From: a virus
Length of the DNA: 64,000 nt
Virus record (IMG/VR): IMGVR_UViG_3300013004_000026
Location: 32,001 to 96,000 of that record
Direction: 5' to 3' (one strand)
Within the stretch, counting starts at the first letter, position 1. Each line of letters begins with the position of its first letter. The translations under genes and the position numbers were made by a program. Positions 1-11,127 of this stretch are shown in pieces. The notes under the pieces are model-generated. The model searched no databases. It had not been told where the DNA came from and worked only from the letters and a program-made list of their open reading frames with translations.

Positions 1-298
1 CCAGCTGAATTTCTGTAGCGGTGGCTGCGCCTACTTCGCCCCAGTCATACACTGTTTCACTTTGATTCTTGGTTTGAATATTTTTTACCTGACTGCCCAA
101 AAAGTTGTTATCCAACGAGCTTCCGCTGAGCGCACTCTTAAGAATAACTTTGGATTGCAGGTCTTCAACTTCTTGTTTGATAAAAATGAAGTTGTTTTTG
201 ATGTTGGTAAAGTTATCGCGGAAGCCTTGACTGTCATTGTCTTGCCCTGCGATTGGGTAATTACCATTGATATTAAACGGATTTACTAAGCTGGCCAT
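1..298 (-). CDS. Virion structural protein, N-terminal part (runs off window)
   Basis: Manual translation from the ATG at 298 (TAATG overlap with the upstream stop): MASLVNPFNINGNYPIAGQDNDSQGFRDNFTNIKNNF... The frame is open to the window edge, and the DNDSQGFRDNF leader resembles fibre/baseplate N-termini. Not in the ORF track. Confidence 0.7.
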   Translation of the reverse strand, partial: MASLVNPFNINGNYPIAGQDNDSQGFRDNFTNIKNNFIFIKQEVEDLQSKVILKSALSGSSLDNNFLGSQVKNIQTKNQSETVYDWGEVGAATATEIQL

Positions 299-3200
299 TA
301 TCTAAATACTCCGGTTTTAGGGAACTTGATATATTTATCCAGAGCTCCTGGTTCGGTATAGTTGTCTCTGTTGCTAACAAAACGGGTGCCTTCGGTGTCA
401 AAACTGGTGTTTTGAGTGCTATCTGGCAGGTTAGTACTGATCAAACTATACTCTGGTACTGTTTTACCCGTCTTGATCAACGGGTCATAAAACAGCTTGG
501 TTGTTTCTCTAATTACTGTAACCACTTGGTTAAGCAGAATTTGTCGTATAAAAGTCAGGACAACCAAATCGTTGGCAATTTCCACTTGCCAAATACCTGC
601 TCGTTGGTTGCTGATGTTGGTATTAATACTGTCTAGATATCCTGGAATAATTGTGAGTTCATCATATGCACCTGTATCAAATCCTGAACCAGAACTGGGT
701 TCTGAACCAAATGTTTCGTTAAACAAGTTCCAACCATCATTTACACCGCCAAACCCTTCTTGTTGTGCAAAAATCAAGGTGTCTCCAGTTTGTAAGCTGT
801 ATCCACGCTGTGTCACAGATTGAACTGTGTTGAGATTAATTTGATCAAATCGCACATTGCGTATGGCCCAGGTCACTGTAAAGTTTGGAGACTCGCGCAG
901 TACAACACCTGCTGTGCCAACTGCCACTGGTATTACCGTGTCTCTACTTACTGCATTCAATTGATTGTTCACAAAACGATCGGACTGGCGCCAGCTGGTG
1001 CCATCGGTGCTGTACACAATAGAACCTCTATCGCCTACTGCAACATATTGATTGTTTACAAAAGCCACAGATCTCAAGGTGTCTGTAACACCGGCTGTGT
1101 AACGTTGCCAAACTGTATCTTCCTGATTTTTCAACCATACACTGCCCTTTTGCCCTACTATCACCCACTGGCCTGCATAATAAACATCATACAAGTTTAG
1201 GCTAGTGGTAGAATTATCTAAGGTCCAAGTCAGCCCATCGTCGACACTGGTAATAATTTGCCCACCCTCCCCCACTGCAATCCATGTATCAACATTGTGA
1301 TACACAGCAGTTAGTGTTCTATTGGCCAGAGTAATAATTGGCAAGCTCCAAATTTCGCCATTGGTGCTGCGGATCACAGTACCCTCATTTCCAACTGCAA
1401 CATAGGTATACAATGTGTTTACGCCGCTGGTGTAACTACGCACTCCGACTGACTTCAAATCGCCGTACAACAAACCAAACTGCTGACTCCATGCACGATC
1501 TGCAACAGATTTTTGAATAATTAATCCTCGATCGCCTACTGCTAACCAACGATCTGCCACACTAATAACTTTATTCAATACCACCCCAGTAAGACCAAAT
1601 GTTATTACATTGTCGTATCCAACATTTATGTTTGCAGTCAATGGGTTGCTCAGTGTAATGGAAGTATCTGTTTTTGCAATGATAGAAGTATTTTCCAACA
1701 CTGATTCTGGTGTACTGAAGTTGATTGAAACATTGCTTTGCGCTGCTACTGTTGAATTAGCAAACACCACAGTCAAATTACTATAAGTGGCATTGGCAGA
1801 TATTTCTGCTATTCTAGCAGTAATTGGAATCCCAGGGCCAACCACATTCATTCCTCTAAAGATGCTACCATTAATGCCAGCTGTGCGAACTGTGATGTAC
1901 ATGCTGGTCCCAAAAGGTGTTACTGAGGCCCAGGCCGCAGTATTATCGCTGTTTGCAATTTCTGTAACATTGAAAATTTGACTACCAATTGGCAACAAGG
2001 TTGTGTCACTAACATTAATCACAGAGTTGCCTGCCATAGCCGTGGTTGTGATTCGATGCACCAGCGTTAGGTCTGACCCAGCTTGAATATTTGCACTTGG
2101 TGGCACACTGATGTTGGCATAAATGTATTTGGTTAGAACTGTAGCACCAGCATTGATAGCAGTTAATCTTGGATAGTAGTTAGCAGATACATTGCCAACA
2201 CTGGTAAAAGTTATGTTGTTGACAAAAGCCGGTGTAGTATTTGCTGTGACCAATACCTCTATATTTCCTCGTAGGTCGTCAAAGGTAATACTAGTGCCTG
2301 TGGGTATAACATTGGTAGTGACATTGCTAAGAAACAGAGTGTTGCCAACATTGGCTGTAATTACTGCTGCATTGGCCAAGTCAATGCCTTTGGTATACAC
2401 AGCATACCCTGTTTGAATATTTGTTGCTGTGTCAATATACACTTCGCTATGGCCGGCGGCGGCTGTACGAGTAACATTAGCGTAAAATTTAGTACCATCT
2501 TGCCATGACACAAATTCTAACGCAGTGCCTGACACAATGGTATTGGCTATATTACTACTCACCCGAATACTGTTTTCAATTGCTGTAACAAAACTTCTTG
2601 CGTTGGATACAAAAATACTTGACTGTGCAATTTCGTCACCGATCTTTACTACCGAGGTAGACGGAAATCTTATCACGCTTGTGCTGCCAGCAGTGAGACT
2701 GTTCAATATTCCCAAAGTATATGTAAAGTTTATTCTTGCATTGTCAGCAGCCCATTTTTCTCCACTACGACTTTGAAGTATGGCACTGTTGGCACCAATG
2801 GCAAGATAGCCTGCGCCAACTTTGTATGCTATACTGGTAAGTTGGTTGCCTGTGCCACTGGTTTCAATCAGCCATGCTCCTTTATCTACTATACCAACAC
2901 TGGGAATCCTATTAAAAGTTGTGGTCTGACTACGCACAAAAGAGTTTGAATCTGCGTTGTAGTTTTCGCTCAGAGTTCTATCCCATTGATATCTGTCGGC
3001 AGTAAATTTGAACGAGTTCATGATATCGCCGACACTGAATCCGCTTTGCTCCAAAGCCGCTTGATAACGATACAGCAATTTATCACCTTCGCCGGGATTA
3101 GCATAAGCCAGAACCAACCCTCTAGTCAGGCCCAGTGGCTGATTGGTTTCTGGCTGGACACTCAACATCCAGTCTGGCAATGCTCCTTGAAATTCGTACC

Positions 3201-6200
3201 CAATACGCTCAATGTCTTTTGCCATGTTGGCAAAGCTATTGGTATATACTGTGTTTTCGCCTGTGAGATCGTCGCTGGTAATAAGTCCAAAATCGTCAGT
3301 TCGTGTTATTCTATCGTCCACACTGTGATAATCATCAATGTCCAGACCAGGAGAAATCAAGGTTCCATAATCTATACCTGTGTTTCTGCGCACACTGATT
3401 ATTTCTCCTGGACGATTGGCTGAGTTATAATCCAGTACATCTACATACAATACTTCGTATTTGATAGATCCATCTATGTTTCTAGCCACAGCCTTGCGAA
3501 TAGTGCCAAAGTTTATTTTTTTATTGATATGATGATCACTCATTGCATCCACATAATGTGCTGCTGTTTCTGCTCGTAGCCCTGCCTGAACCAGCATAGT
3601 CAGATCAAGATGTACTCCAAAATATGGATCATTTGGACGATATATCAAATCATTGCTGCTTAGATTTGCGTCAGTTACAATAGATCTAAACACCTGTCTA
3701 AGGCCAGCTGGTAACAAAGCCTTGAGATATAAATTTTCAAAAGGTCGTTGATTTATATTTTTCACCACTAGTGAAAATTCTTTTTCACTGTAAATTTGTC
3801 CTGTAACATCTTCTGCAATGACTGTGAATGTAAATTTACTATCATAGGTATTTGTACCTGTATCAAACTGTATTTGACTAGTGTTCCTGTCTATGCTAAA
3901 AAAATCAAATGATGTTCTACCGCTGATAAGTCCATTAGGTAACAGTCGTAGACCTTGTGGAATTCGTAGGTATTGTCCGCTCTTGACTCTATAAGTCAAA
4001 CTAGTATTACTTCTGCTGGTAGCTTCAATTTGTAAAGTGCTTATAGCACCGTTGTCAATGGAATCTAAATTAGTTGGTGTGTTCCAAGTTACAAGGTCTT
4101 GGGCTGCACTCAGCACTTTTAGGGTAAATTTAACAGGCTGACTACTGCGTCGACTGGTAACAGATTCACTAATAGGAACATCAACATAAGCTGTCACTAT
4201 AAATTCATAAGTGGATTCGTATGATGTACTGGTACCTAGTGTACCTAGTAACCAGCCAGTATTAAGATCAAGAAAAATACCACCCGGCAGGCTTAGATCA
4301 GATTGATCAAAACTTTTGTTGTCAAATGGAACAATAGTATACACATTATCCTGATCGTCAGGGGATGGTGCGGCACCTTGATCAAACCTAGCAGGCCCAG
4401 ATGCATTAACTGACCACTTTACTTGGCCATTTGGATTTGCATAATAGGCCTGAAATCTATAGGCATAACTTTGCAATTGTCGTACAGGCGGCAACTCAAC
4501 CGAGGTTGTTATAATACTTGGATACAAGTACCCATCTCGATCAACAGAATATAATGTGCTATCAGCAGTAATTAATTCATTGTCAACCAAGAAAAATGAT
4601 CTAGCATAAATTCCAATGGAATATCTTTGATAAGAATAATTTATTCCATCATAGATTCGAATGGTAAATTGGTATCTACGACTGTCGGCAGCGCCTTCAA
4701 AATCCCATACATATTGATCGTAACCGCCAACATCATATGCTGAAGTGCCTGCTTCTCCGGCTGCCGACGGAGCTAGTGCAAACCCACTGATCAACCCTGA
4801 TTGACTGAGTGCAAGTCCTGGAGGTAATCTGCCTTGACTCACACTCCATTCTAATTTGCCAGTTGGGCTGGTTTCTAGAGCGTTGATTTGAAGTACCACT
4901 GGGTCACTGTCAAAGAAGTACCCTAGATCTTCGATACCAAAGCTGGTAAGATTGTCGATGGTGGCACTGGCTGTGGTTGTATTGGCACCACTAAATGTGA
5001 TTGTAGGAATAGAGGTATATCCGGTGCCGGCCTTGGTCAACCCAATGCTTTTGATTGCACCATTGGCAAATAAAAATATTTTGCCCGGCAAAGCCGATTC
5101 ACTGTCTAGGAGGTCGGGCGCACTTATACTTACAGCTACATTTGCAGCAAAATACCCACTGCCTCTGTTGGTGAAACTTAAATTAATGTTACCTCGTGTT
5201 TGACCAACTCCTTCGCCGCGCACTCCTGTTGGCAAAATCGTAGGAAGCACAATCTGATTTACAAATATGCTAAATGTTCTGTCGGCAATTTGATTTACGG
5301 TATTCTTGACTCTTATAGTAAAACGGAATTCTCTAGCCACAGGATCGCCGGAGGTTACAACCTGAGGAAAACCATAAATTCTACCGCTTGGTACTACCTG
5401 TAGTCCTGGAGGAAGTTGTCCACTGAGCAAACTATAGGTTAAATTGCTTGCTTGAGGTTCAATGTTTGCCACACCGGAAACTTCGTCACTACTGAGACTG
5501 CCGTAGAATCTGGCTCCAACTATGTACGGAAATGTTGGCTGATCATCCAAATCTTGTGACATGAAATAGGCATAGGTGCCATTGGGAAATTCTGGAGTTA
5601 CACAAAATCTTCCATTGCTTTGATCTAATGTTGTACCGCTAGGAGCGGTATATTCATAATCTTGTACAAAGATACCCAATGGCCAGATACCTTGCACCCT
5701 GGTATCAGTTCTGAACTCATAATTTATTTCTGCGTTCACTTGTATTGCATTTGAAAGCACCCGCACAATTTTATAGGTTTTTGCTGGCCAGGGGCCGCGC
5801 AGTTCCATACCAGGATACAATCCTTGTGTGGTGCTTACTGGAATTTGAGTACCGGGATACCGGCCTGGTAATACACTTACACTTGCGGGCAACGGGCGCC
5901 CTGATTTTTCAACAAGAGTATAGCCTGAACGCATTCTTACCACACCACCAATGGTGCTTGGGTTATCATATCCATACGGACCGTAAATAGGATAACCATC
6001 AATGGCCCATCCTAGTATTTTGCTATGACCGTCGGTGTGTCGATATCCTGATTTCCATGCAAGCAAGTTTTGCCAAGCATCTGCATTTATAAATTGACTG
6101 GTACGATAGTTATAGGTACCATTTGCTGCTGGCTGACCTCCACTGGCATCTTCTCCTAGTACTCCAGCTGCTACTGCATTCACAGTCCAGTTTGAATCAA

Positions 6201-6624
6201 ATGATGTGATTGTTGTTTCAGATGCAGGCGCAAACAGCACAATGCCAACTGCGCTAATACCAATCACACCAGTGCTGACCGGAGTTTGTACCAATGCCAC
6301 TCGATTTAGGCCGCCTCGGTAAGGGGTAAGTAAGTCGATTGACTGTGCAGCTATTCTGTTGAGATTTTTGTCATTTGGAAATGCCCCAACTGTGACCAGT
6401 CCAGTGAGATTATTTGTTTGAATACGCCATGTGGTTTTGTCTGTTAGGATACTGGTTTGCACAGCATTTTCAATACCATTTCCTGTGATACTGTCCCTGG
6501 GGTCAAAGCCTGCAGAAGGGGCAGGTGCAACTGGATTTTCTACATCCAGTTGCAGACTTACTTCTGTGTTTTCTGCGTAGGTACCTAAATTGCCTTCAGG
6601 TGTTATCCAGCGTAGTTTTGCCAT
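298..6624 (-). CDS. Large baseplate/virion structural protein (YHYH-like domain, putative Ig repeats, C-terminal beta-propeller repeats)
   Basis: 2108 aa. YHYH-family motifs (GHSKILGWAIDGYPIYGPYGY, CVTPEFPNGTYAYF, FPYIVG); Ig-like repeats (SGQLPPGL, QGRLPPGL); BNR/YCF48-like repeats (AVGxxGxI); TAAATA late promoter upstream. Confidence 0.7.
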   Translation of the reverse strand: MAKLRWITPEGNLGTYAENTEVSLQLDVENPVAPAPSAGFDPRDSITGNGIENAVQTSILTDKTTWRIQTNNLTGLVTVGAFPNDKNLNRIAAQSIDLLTPYRGGLNRVALVQTPVSTGVIGISAVGIVLFAPASETTITSFDSNWTVNAVAAGVLGEDASGGQPAANGTYNYRTSQFINADAWQNLLAWKSGYRHTDGHSKILGWAIDGYPIYGPYGYDNPSTIGGVVRMRSGYTLVEKSGRPLPASVSVLPGRYPGTQIPVSTTQGLYPGMELRGPWPAKTYKIVRVLSNAIQVNAEINYEFRTDTRVQGIWPLGIFVQDYEYTAPSGTTLDQSNGRFCVTPEFPNGTYAYFMSQDLDDQPTFPYIVGARFYGSLSSDEVSGVANIEPQASNLTYSLLSGQLPPGLQVVPSGRIYGFPQVVTSGDPVAREFRFTIRVKNTVNQIADRTFSIFVNQIVLPTILPTGVRGEGVGQTRGNINLSFTNRGSGYFAANVAVSISAPDLLDSESALPGKIFLFANGAIKSIGLTKAGTGYTSIPTITFSGANTTTASATIDNLTSFGIEDLGYFFDSDPVVLQINALETSPTGKLEWSVSQGRLPPGLALSQSGLISGFALAPSAAGEAGTSAYDVGGYDQYVWDFEGAADSRRYQFTIRIYDGINYSYQRYSIGIYARSFFLVDNELITADSTLYSVDRDGYLYPSIITTSVELPPVRQLQSYAYRFQAYYANPNGQVKWSVNASGPARFDQGAAPSPDDQDNVYTIVPFDNKSFDQSDLSLPGGIFLDLNTGWLLGTLGTSTSYESTYEFIVTAYVDVPISESVTSRRSSQPVKFTLKVLSAAQDLVTWNTPTNLDSIDNGAISTLQIEATSRSNTSLTYRVKSGQYLRIPQGLRLLPNGLISGRTSFDFFSIDRNTSQIQFDTGTNTYDSKFTFTVIAEDVTGQIYSEKEFSLVVKNINQRPFENLYLKALLPAGLRQVFRSIVTDANLSSNDLIYRPNDPYFGVHLDLTMLVQAGLRAETAAHYVDAMSDHHINKKINFGTIRKAVARNIDGSIKYEVLYVDVLDYNSANRPGEIISVRRNTGIDYGTLISPGLDIDDYHSVDDRITRTDDFGLITSDDLTGENTVYTNSFANMAKDIERIGYEFQGALPDWMLSVQPETNQPLGLTRGLVLAYANPGEGDKLLYRYQAALEQSGFSVGDIMNSFKFTADRYQWDRTLSENYNADSNSFVRSQTTTFNRIPSVGIVDKGAWLIETSGTGNQLTSIAYKVGAGYLAIGANSAILQSRSGEKWAADNARINFTYTLGILNSLTAGSTSVIRFPSTSVVKIGDEIAQSSIFVSNARSFVTAIENSIRVSSNIANTIVSGTALEFVSWQDGTKFYANVTRTAAAGHSEVYIDTATNIQTGYAVYTKGIDLANAAVITANVGNTLFLSNVTTNVIPTGTSITFDDLRGNIEVLVTANTTPAFVNNITFTSVGNVSANYYPRLTAINAGATVLTKYIYANISVPPSANIQAGSDLTLVHRITTTAMAGNSVINVSDTTLLPIGSQIFNVTEIANSDNTAAWASVTPFGTSMYITVRTAGINGSIFRGMNVVGPGIPITARIAEISANATYSNLTVVFANSTVAAQSNVSINFSTPESVLENTSIIAKTDTSITLSNPLTANINVGYDNVITFGLTGVVLNKVISVADRWLAVGDRGLIIQKSVADRAWSQQFGLLYGDLKSVGVRSYTSGVNTLYTYVAVGNEGTVIRSTNGEIWSLPIITLANRTLTAVYHNVDTWIAVGEGGQIITSVDDGLTWTLDNSTTSLNLYDVYYAGQWVIVGQKGSVWLKNQEDTVWQRYTAGVTDTLRSVAFVNNQYVAVGDRGSIVYSTDGTSWRQSDRFVNNQLNAVSRDTVIPVAVGTAGVVLRESPNFTVTWAIRNVRFDQINLNTVQSVTQRGYSLQTGDTLIFAQQEGFGGVNDGWNLFNETFGSEPSSGSGFDTGAYDELTIIPGYLDSINTNISNQRAGIWQVEIANDLVVLTFIRQILLNQVVTVIRETTKLFYDPLIKTGKTVPEYSLISTNLPDSTQNTSFDTEGTRFVSNRDNYTEPGALDKYIKFPKTGVFR

Positions 6625-6665
6625 GTCTGTTCCATTTTATGTATTTATGGAACTGCAAAACTGGA

Positions 6666-9600
6666 TTAGGCCTGTGCTTCGTTCCAACGAAGCGTTGCAC
6701 TTACATTGCCAATAATGCGGTCGCCTGTGCTATCAGTTGGATATAGCGCCATATTAATATACAGTGTGTCTGATCCATTTGGGAATGTACCGCGCCCACC
6801 AATGGCACTTTGAGTCAATTCTTTAATTCCGCTCAAATCCAATTGATTCGACTGCCCGGGGCTAGACACAAATTCAAATATTTTTTCACCTGCTATCGCT
6901 GCATTTCCTGTAGTAGGGGCAAAAGTTGGAATTGTTGCTATTTGTGTAAAACTCGGCTGATTACCATATGTTGTGGCATTCAAAGATGTCCAGGTTTCGT
7001 TTTCGCTGTAGTTTGCAGGGTTAAGAATACCCTGAACTAATATGCTGGTGTTAGCTCCAGTTTGGACTCTAGCCAGGCCTGGTGCATCTCCTGCTCCTAC
7101 TGCTACTTGTACATTGCCCACAGTAACATCAATGTCTTGCAGTAACAGCTGAGCTCGATTGAGCAGTTCTTTTACTCCTAGATCTCCGGTCAATCCATTA
7201 CTTGCACTTGGTGCTAGTCTAATACCAAAGTATGCCTGAAGATTACTGTATACTGGAGTCGGCGTTTGTGAATATGAGAACGCATAACCCCGGTCAAGAT
7301 CAAACCCGCCATCCATGATATATGAACTACCCCAGTGGCTCATGTTTGGACTTGCTACTAGACTAACCAGCTCAACGCCGGATCCTTCGCCGTGACTCTG
7401 CGGCACTGGACGGCCATGAATAGTTCTATATGCGCCTCCCAAGAACACATTGGCACCGGCACATCTAGTTAGGCTGTTCAATGTTGGCCACGGTATGTCG
7501 TTACGAGAAATCGAATTATACTTTATTAATTCATAGTTCATGTACACAAAACCACTGTCTGGGAAGAAGTCTGCATTTTCCACAGCCATGGTAGCTGTTA
7601 TAGAAGCTCCTAAAACACTTGTTTTTAGTGCAGTTACACCTGCGGCACCTTCATTATTAACCTCATAGCGCACTGGCAAGTTGGCACTGCGCATGGATGC
7701 GGTAACATTAATGTTGTTTTGCTTCATACGATGCATGATAATAAAGTTTGCATCGGTGCCACGAATCATGAAGTCCATAAAACCTGCGCCATACCATGTA
7801 AACTGAATACCAATCATTTGCATGTGATTTGGATCAAATTTATAACCACTTGACCCACTGCCATCCACAGTGTCGTAATTAAAATCTTCTTGCTTTATTC
7901 GAACTTCTTCCACCTTGTACATGTAGTTGCCGTCTGAAGTAACACTGCCTCTAAAATCCGGAGTCACTGAAATTTCTGTGCCGGTGGTGATAAAGTTTAC
8001 TTTGTGGACCATGCCTTTAATTACCACACGGTCGCCAATTTTAAGCTGTTGGCCCCACAGAGTATTTGCACCATAAATGGTATTTGACCCCACAGTAAAG
8101 GTAGCAGTACCTGCCAGCTGAAGTGTGCTTGTTCGCTTGACTGCGTTAAATTGACTTCCGTCATATTCCAAGAACATGCCATTGGCATCATCATGCGGGC
8201 CTGTTCTAATCACTGAGCCATGCCATCTAAACATATAGAGTTTTGGCACCTTGCTCAAATCGCCCTCAGTACTGTCCAGCAATTGCACCGCAATAACCTT
8301 AAGTTGTACATCGCTGTCCACTGCAATCACAGTGTATTGAGCATTGTAACCACCGGTAGCGATACCTTGTAGTCTAATTACTGCACCAATTTGACATCCA
8401 TGCGGTACCGCAGTCTCAATGGTAATTGTTGAGCCTATGCCAACCCCACTGGACTGAACATCTGTTACATCATAGTTGGGAGCAAACAGCACACCGGTGG
8501 TGTACAAAAATCCTTTACCAGACTGATATCGGAAATATTTTTTACTTTGGCGAGTTGCAGCCGCACCATGTACAGCACTGGCAGTTCCAAGTAATACACC
8601 GCCGTCACCTGGTCTATGTAGGAAAAATCCGTCATTGCGAGTGTACACTCTAAACTGGTTTGTATTTGTATCAGGAGCAATATTGCCCCCTGTTATAACT
8701 TGTCCACGAGCGGCAAATTCTACTTGATAAGCTGTAGGTATGCTGTTGGCATAATACCCGCCCGGTAAATTAGCAAATTGTCCAGCACTAACTGTTGAAT
8801 TTGCACCAATCATTAAAGGCATACCGGGCGTGAACCCATGCGGCGAACTGAAATGTATAGTGATACTACTAGGAGTTGCGCCGTTGCTGTTGAATTGAAT
8901 AACAGGTAGATCAGCACCAGAATAAAAACCGCCTTTGCGCACAATTGTTCTAGGACTAATAATACTGTTGTTGGTACCTGCCCAGAACGAAGTGATCTCT
9001 CCTTTGGCAAAGTATGTAAACGTGTTGGCTGTAACAGAGTATACTAGTGAAGTTCCTTGACCTCGTGTGAATCCAGGAGCATTCACATCCAGTTGCTGTA
9101 AAGTAAATGCATCGTTTACTACTAGTCCATGAAATACAGATGTCACAGTAACTAAACTTGGATTGCTACCATTTGTTTCCACAGCAGTAACTGGCAGTTC
9201 AGCACCTGGTAATTCATAAACGCTGGGATATGCGTTTACTGTTTCAAAGCCTTGCCATTTGGTACCTTGTAAACCATATTCAAAGTCAGCGTCAATCTGT
9301 GATTGAGGATTGGCCACACGCTGGCGTTCAATGGCGTCTGTGCCAAAGTCATTCCAGGTTCGTACCAATTGGTATTGTTCTTCAATGAAAATACTAATCT
9401 CATCGCTGGGGTTGTGTGTGCTGGTATCAATATCAGTTATATAGATATAGGTTTCGCCTAGTGTAATGGCATTTTGTAGTAATGCAGTACCAACCGTGCC
9501 TGTGCCTGCAGGTATGTTATCATAAGTTACCACGGTGTTGTCAGCATCGTTGGTTTTGATACCACCGGGCCTATAGGTTACAGTTGCGCCTGTGTTTTGT

Positions 9601-9776
9601 GTGTCAGCAAAGTTATAATAGATTACTCCACGAGTGACATTTGTGATCAGCAGCAGTTTGAACAGATCCTGTTTTCCTTCAACCGCGATATAACCGCTGA
9701 ACCCGTCACCACCACTGCGTCCTGCACCCACGCCGCCTGGTACAAATAAATATTTTCGAACTTGTCTTTTTGCCAT
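6666..9776 (-). CDS. Virion structural/tail-associated protein
   Basis: 1036 aa, beta-rich G/T/S composition, motifs IDADFEYGLQxTKW and RQSKKYFRYQSGKG typical of T4-like structural proteins; lies in the structural operon. Confidence 0.6.
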   Translation of the reverse strand: MAKRQVRKYLFVPGGVGAGRSGGDGFSGYIAVEGKQDLFKLLLITNVTRGVIYYNFADTQNTGATVTYRPGGIKTNDADNTVVTYDNIPAGTGTVGTALLQNAITLGETYIYITDIDTSTHNPSDEISIFIEEQYQLVRTWNDFGTDAIERQRVANPQSQIDADFEYGLQGTKWQGFETVNAYPSVYELPGAELPVTAVETNGSNPSLVTVTSVFHGLVVNDAFTLQQLDVNAPGFTRGQGTSLVYSVTANTFTYFAKGEITSFWAGTNNSIISPRTIVRKGGFYSGADLPVIQFNSNGATPSSITIHFSSPHGFTPGMPLMIGANSTVSAGQFANLPGGYYANSIPTAYQVEFAARGQVITGGNIAPDTNTNQFRVYTRNDGFFLHRPGDGGVLLGTASAVHGAAATRQSKKYFRYQSGKGFLYTTGVLFAPNYDVTDVQSSGVGIGSTITIETAVPHGCQIGAVIRLQGIATGGYNAQYTVIAVDSDVQLKVIAVQLLDSTEGDLSKVPKLYMFRWHGSVIRTGPHDDANGMFLEYDGSQFNAVKRTSTLQLAGTATFTVGSNTIYGANTLWGQQLKIGDRVVIKGMVHKVNFITTGTEISVTPDFRGSVTSDGNYMYKVEEVRIKQEDFNYDTVDGSGSSGYKFDPNHMQMIGIQFTWYGAGFMDFMIRGTDANFIIMHRMKQNNINVTASMRSANLPVRYEVNNEGAAGVTALKTSVLGASITATMAVENADFFPDSGFVYMNYELIKYNSISRNDIPWPTLNSLTRCAGANVFLGGAYRTIHGRPVPQSHGEGSGVELVSLVASPNMSHWGSSYIMDGGFDLDRGYAFSYSQTPTPVYSNLQAYFGIRLAPSASNGLTGDLGVKELLNRAQLLLQDIDVTVGNVQVAVGAGDAPGLARVQTGANTSILVQGILNPANYSENETWTSLNATTYGNQPSFTQIATIPTFAPTTGNAAIAGEKIFEFVSSPGQSNQLDLSGIKELTQSAIGGRGTFPNGSDTLYINMALYPTDSTGDRIIGNVSATLRWNEAQA

Positions 9777-9792
9777 TTAGAAATTACTCCGA

Positions 9793-10677
9793 TTATGATC
9801 CTAATCCAATGGCGAACCCCACTACGGTTGCCGTTACATATTCTTTGGTAGTTACGCTTTTTGGTGTAGGAATCGTTGTCACCGTCAAGTTACCAAATGT
9901 GCCTATACCTGAGATAACATTTCCTGCTGTGAGATTAGCCTGAATTGTTGTGTTGGCAGTTACCAAGAGATTAGCTGTGGTTAATTTGCCAGACAACGAC
10001 GCATTAGCAGCCGTTAAGTTTCCCCAGGTGAGCGTAAGGTTAGACGCTGTAATATTTCCAACCACACTGAGTGTGGTCAAACTACCAACACTGGTCACAT
10101 GAGGTTGAGCATTGGTCAACAGTGTGCCAGTAAGCTGTGTATATGATCCTTTGAAGCCTGCAACATTTGCACCTGTGATATTGCCGCTGGTGGTGTTGAA
10201 TCCTGTGGTAGTGACATTGCCGGTTTCTACACCAGCTTGCAACTGAGTTAAACCACCAATGGTAAGTGTAGCACCGGCAATGCTGGTTTCGCTGGTAAAG
10301 CTTCTTGCAAACAGCTCACTGGTATAGGCAGAACCGCCAACGCCCAGGCCGCCGGCAATTACCACTGCACCTGTAATATTACTGGAGCTGGGTGTGGTGG
10401 ATTGAAATGTGGTTGGGTTGGCAACAGCACCACCAGAGAACAATGTCCCCACTGTGGCTATCTGCACACCATTTAGGAAAAAAGTACCACTGAGATAACT
10501 GGGTTGCACTGCTGTGAGTGAAATGTTTCCTGACGCCGTGAGATTACCAGTGACTAAATTTTGTCTAGCTTCATCTAAAAATGTGAAGTTATCGTTGGCC
10601 TTGATGAAAGCATCGCGAATACTATCCCCGGTGCCATCATTGGGTATTGCGCCAACATTAATTTCAGAAATTGCCAT
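9793..10677 (-). CDS. Fibre/baseplate protein with T4 gp9/gp10-like N-terminus
   Basis: N-terminus INVGAIPNDGTGDSIRDAFIKANDNF; fibre repeat LTNAQPHVTSVGSL; late promoter upstream. Confidence 0.7.
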   Translation of the reverse strand: MAISEINVGAIPNDGTGDSIRDAFIKANDNFTFLDEARQNLVTGNLTASGNISLTAVQPSYLSGTFFLNGVQIATVGTLFSGGAVANPTTFQSTTPSSSNITGAVVIAGGLGVGGSAYTSELFARSFTSETSIAGATLTIGGLTQLQAGVETGNVTTTGFNTTSGNITGANVAGFKGSYTQLTGTLLTNAQPHVTSVGSLTTLSVVGNITASNLTLTWGNLTAANASLSGKLTTANLLVTANTTIQANLTAGNVISGIGTFGNLTVTTIPTPKSVTTKEYVTATVVGFAIGLGS

Positions 10678-10716
10678 TTGTAATCCTATTTGTCATATTT
10701 ATTCGTGCGACTCTGG

Positions 10717-11127
10717 TCAACTTGTAAATGCAGCTCTGGTAACAGTGATTTCCACATTGGTGCCAACATTGTTAGTGAATCTAAAGTTAACCTGTGTGCC
10801 CACAATAACTGCGTCAAAAGTTGCCAGCAAAAGACTGGGTTGATTACTCAGTCTAGCATATTCGGTGTAATACACAGAGTTGCTGTCATGAGTAAGCAGG
10901 ATTTCACTGGCAAATACAAATGTGCTGTAAGTTGCCTGTACAACATATTTTACAGTTCTAAATCTGTCTACGGAAAAACGATCAAGCACAGTAGTTGTTG
11001 CAGCAGCCACGGTTCGTCGGACACTACGGTTATCAACATATGGATCATGATCTTCAAATGCCAAAGAACCCAAATCTGCATTTGTTGGGATCTGGTTTGG
11101 GGCGTTACCTATGATATTGATTGCCAT
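10717..11127 (-). CDS. Small virion/fibre-associated protein
   Basis: 136 aa; APNQIPTNADLGSLAF motif; translationally coupled (TAATG) to the fibre gene. Confidence 0.5.
   Translation of the reverse strand: MAINIIGNAPNQIPTNADLGSLAFEDHDPYVDNRSVRRTVAAATTTVLDRFSVDRFRTVKYVVQATYSTFVFASEILLTHDSNSVYYTEYARLSNQPSLLLATFDAVIVGTQVNFRFTNNVGTNVEITVTRAAFTS

Noticed and set aside
62-289. ORF-track entries 62-289 (+) and 85-267 (-)
   Set aside because: The real gene is in a different minus-strand frame, starts at 298 and runs off the window edge.
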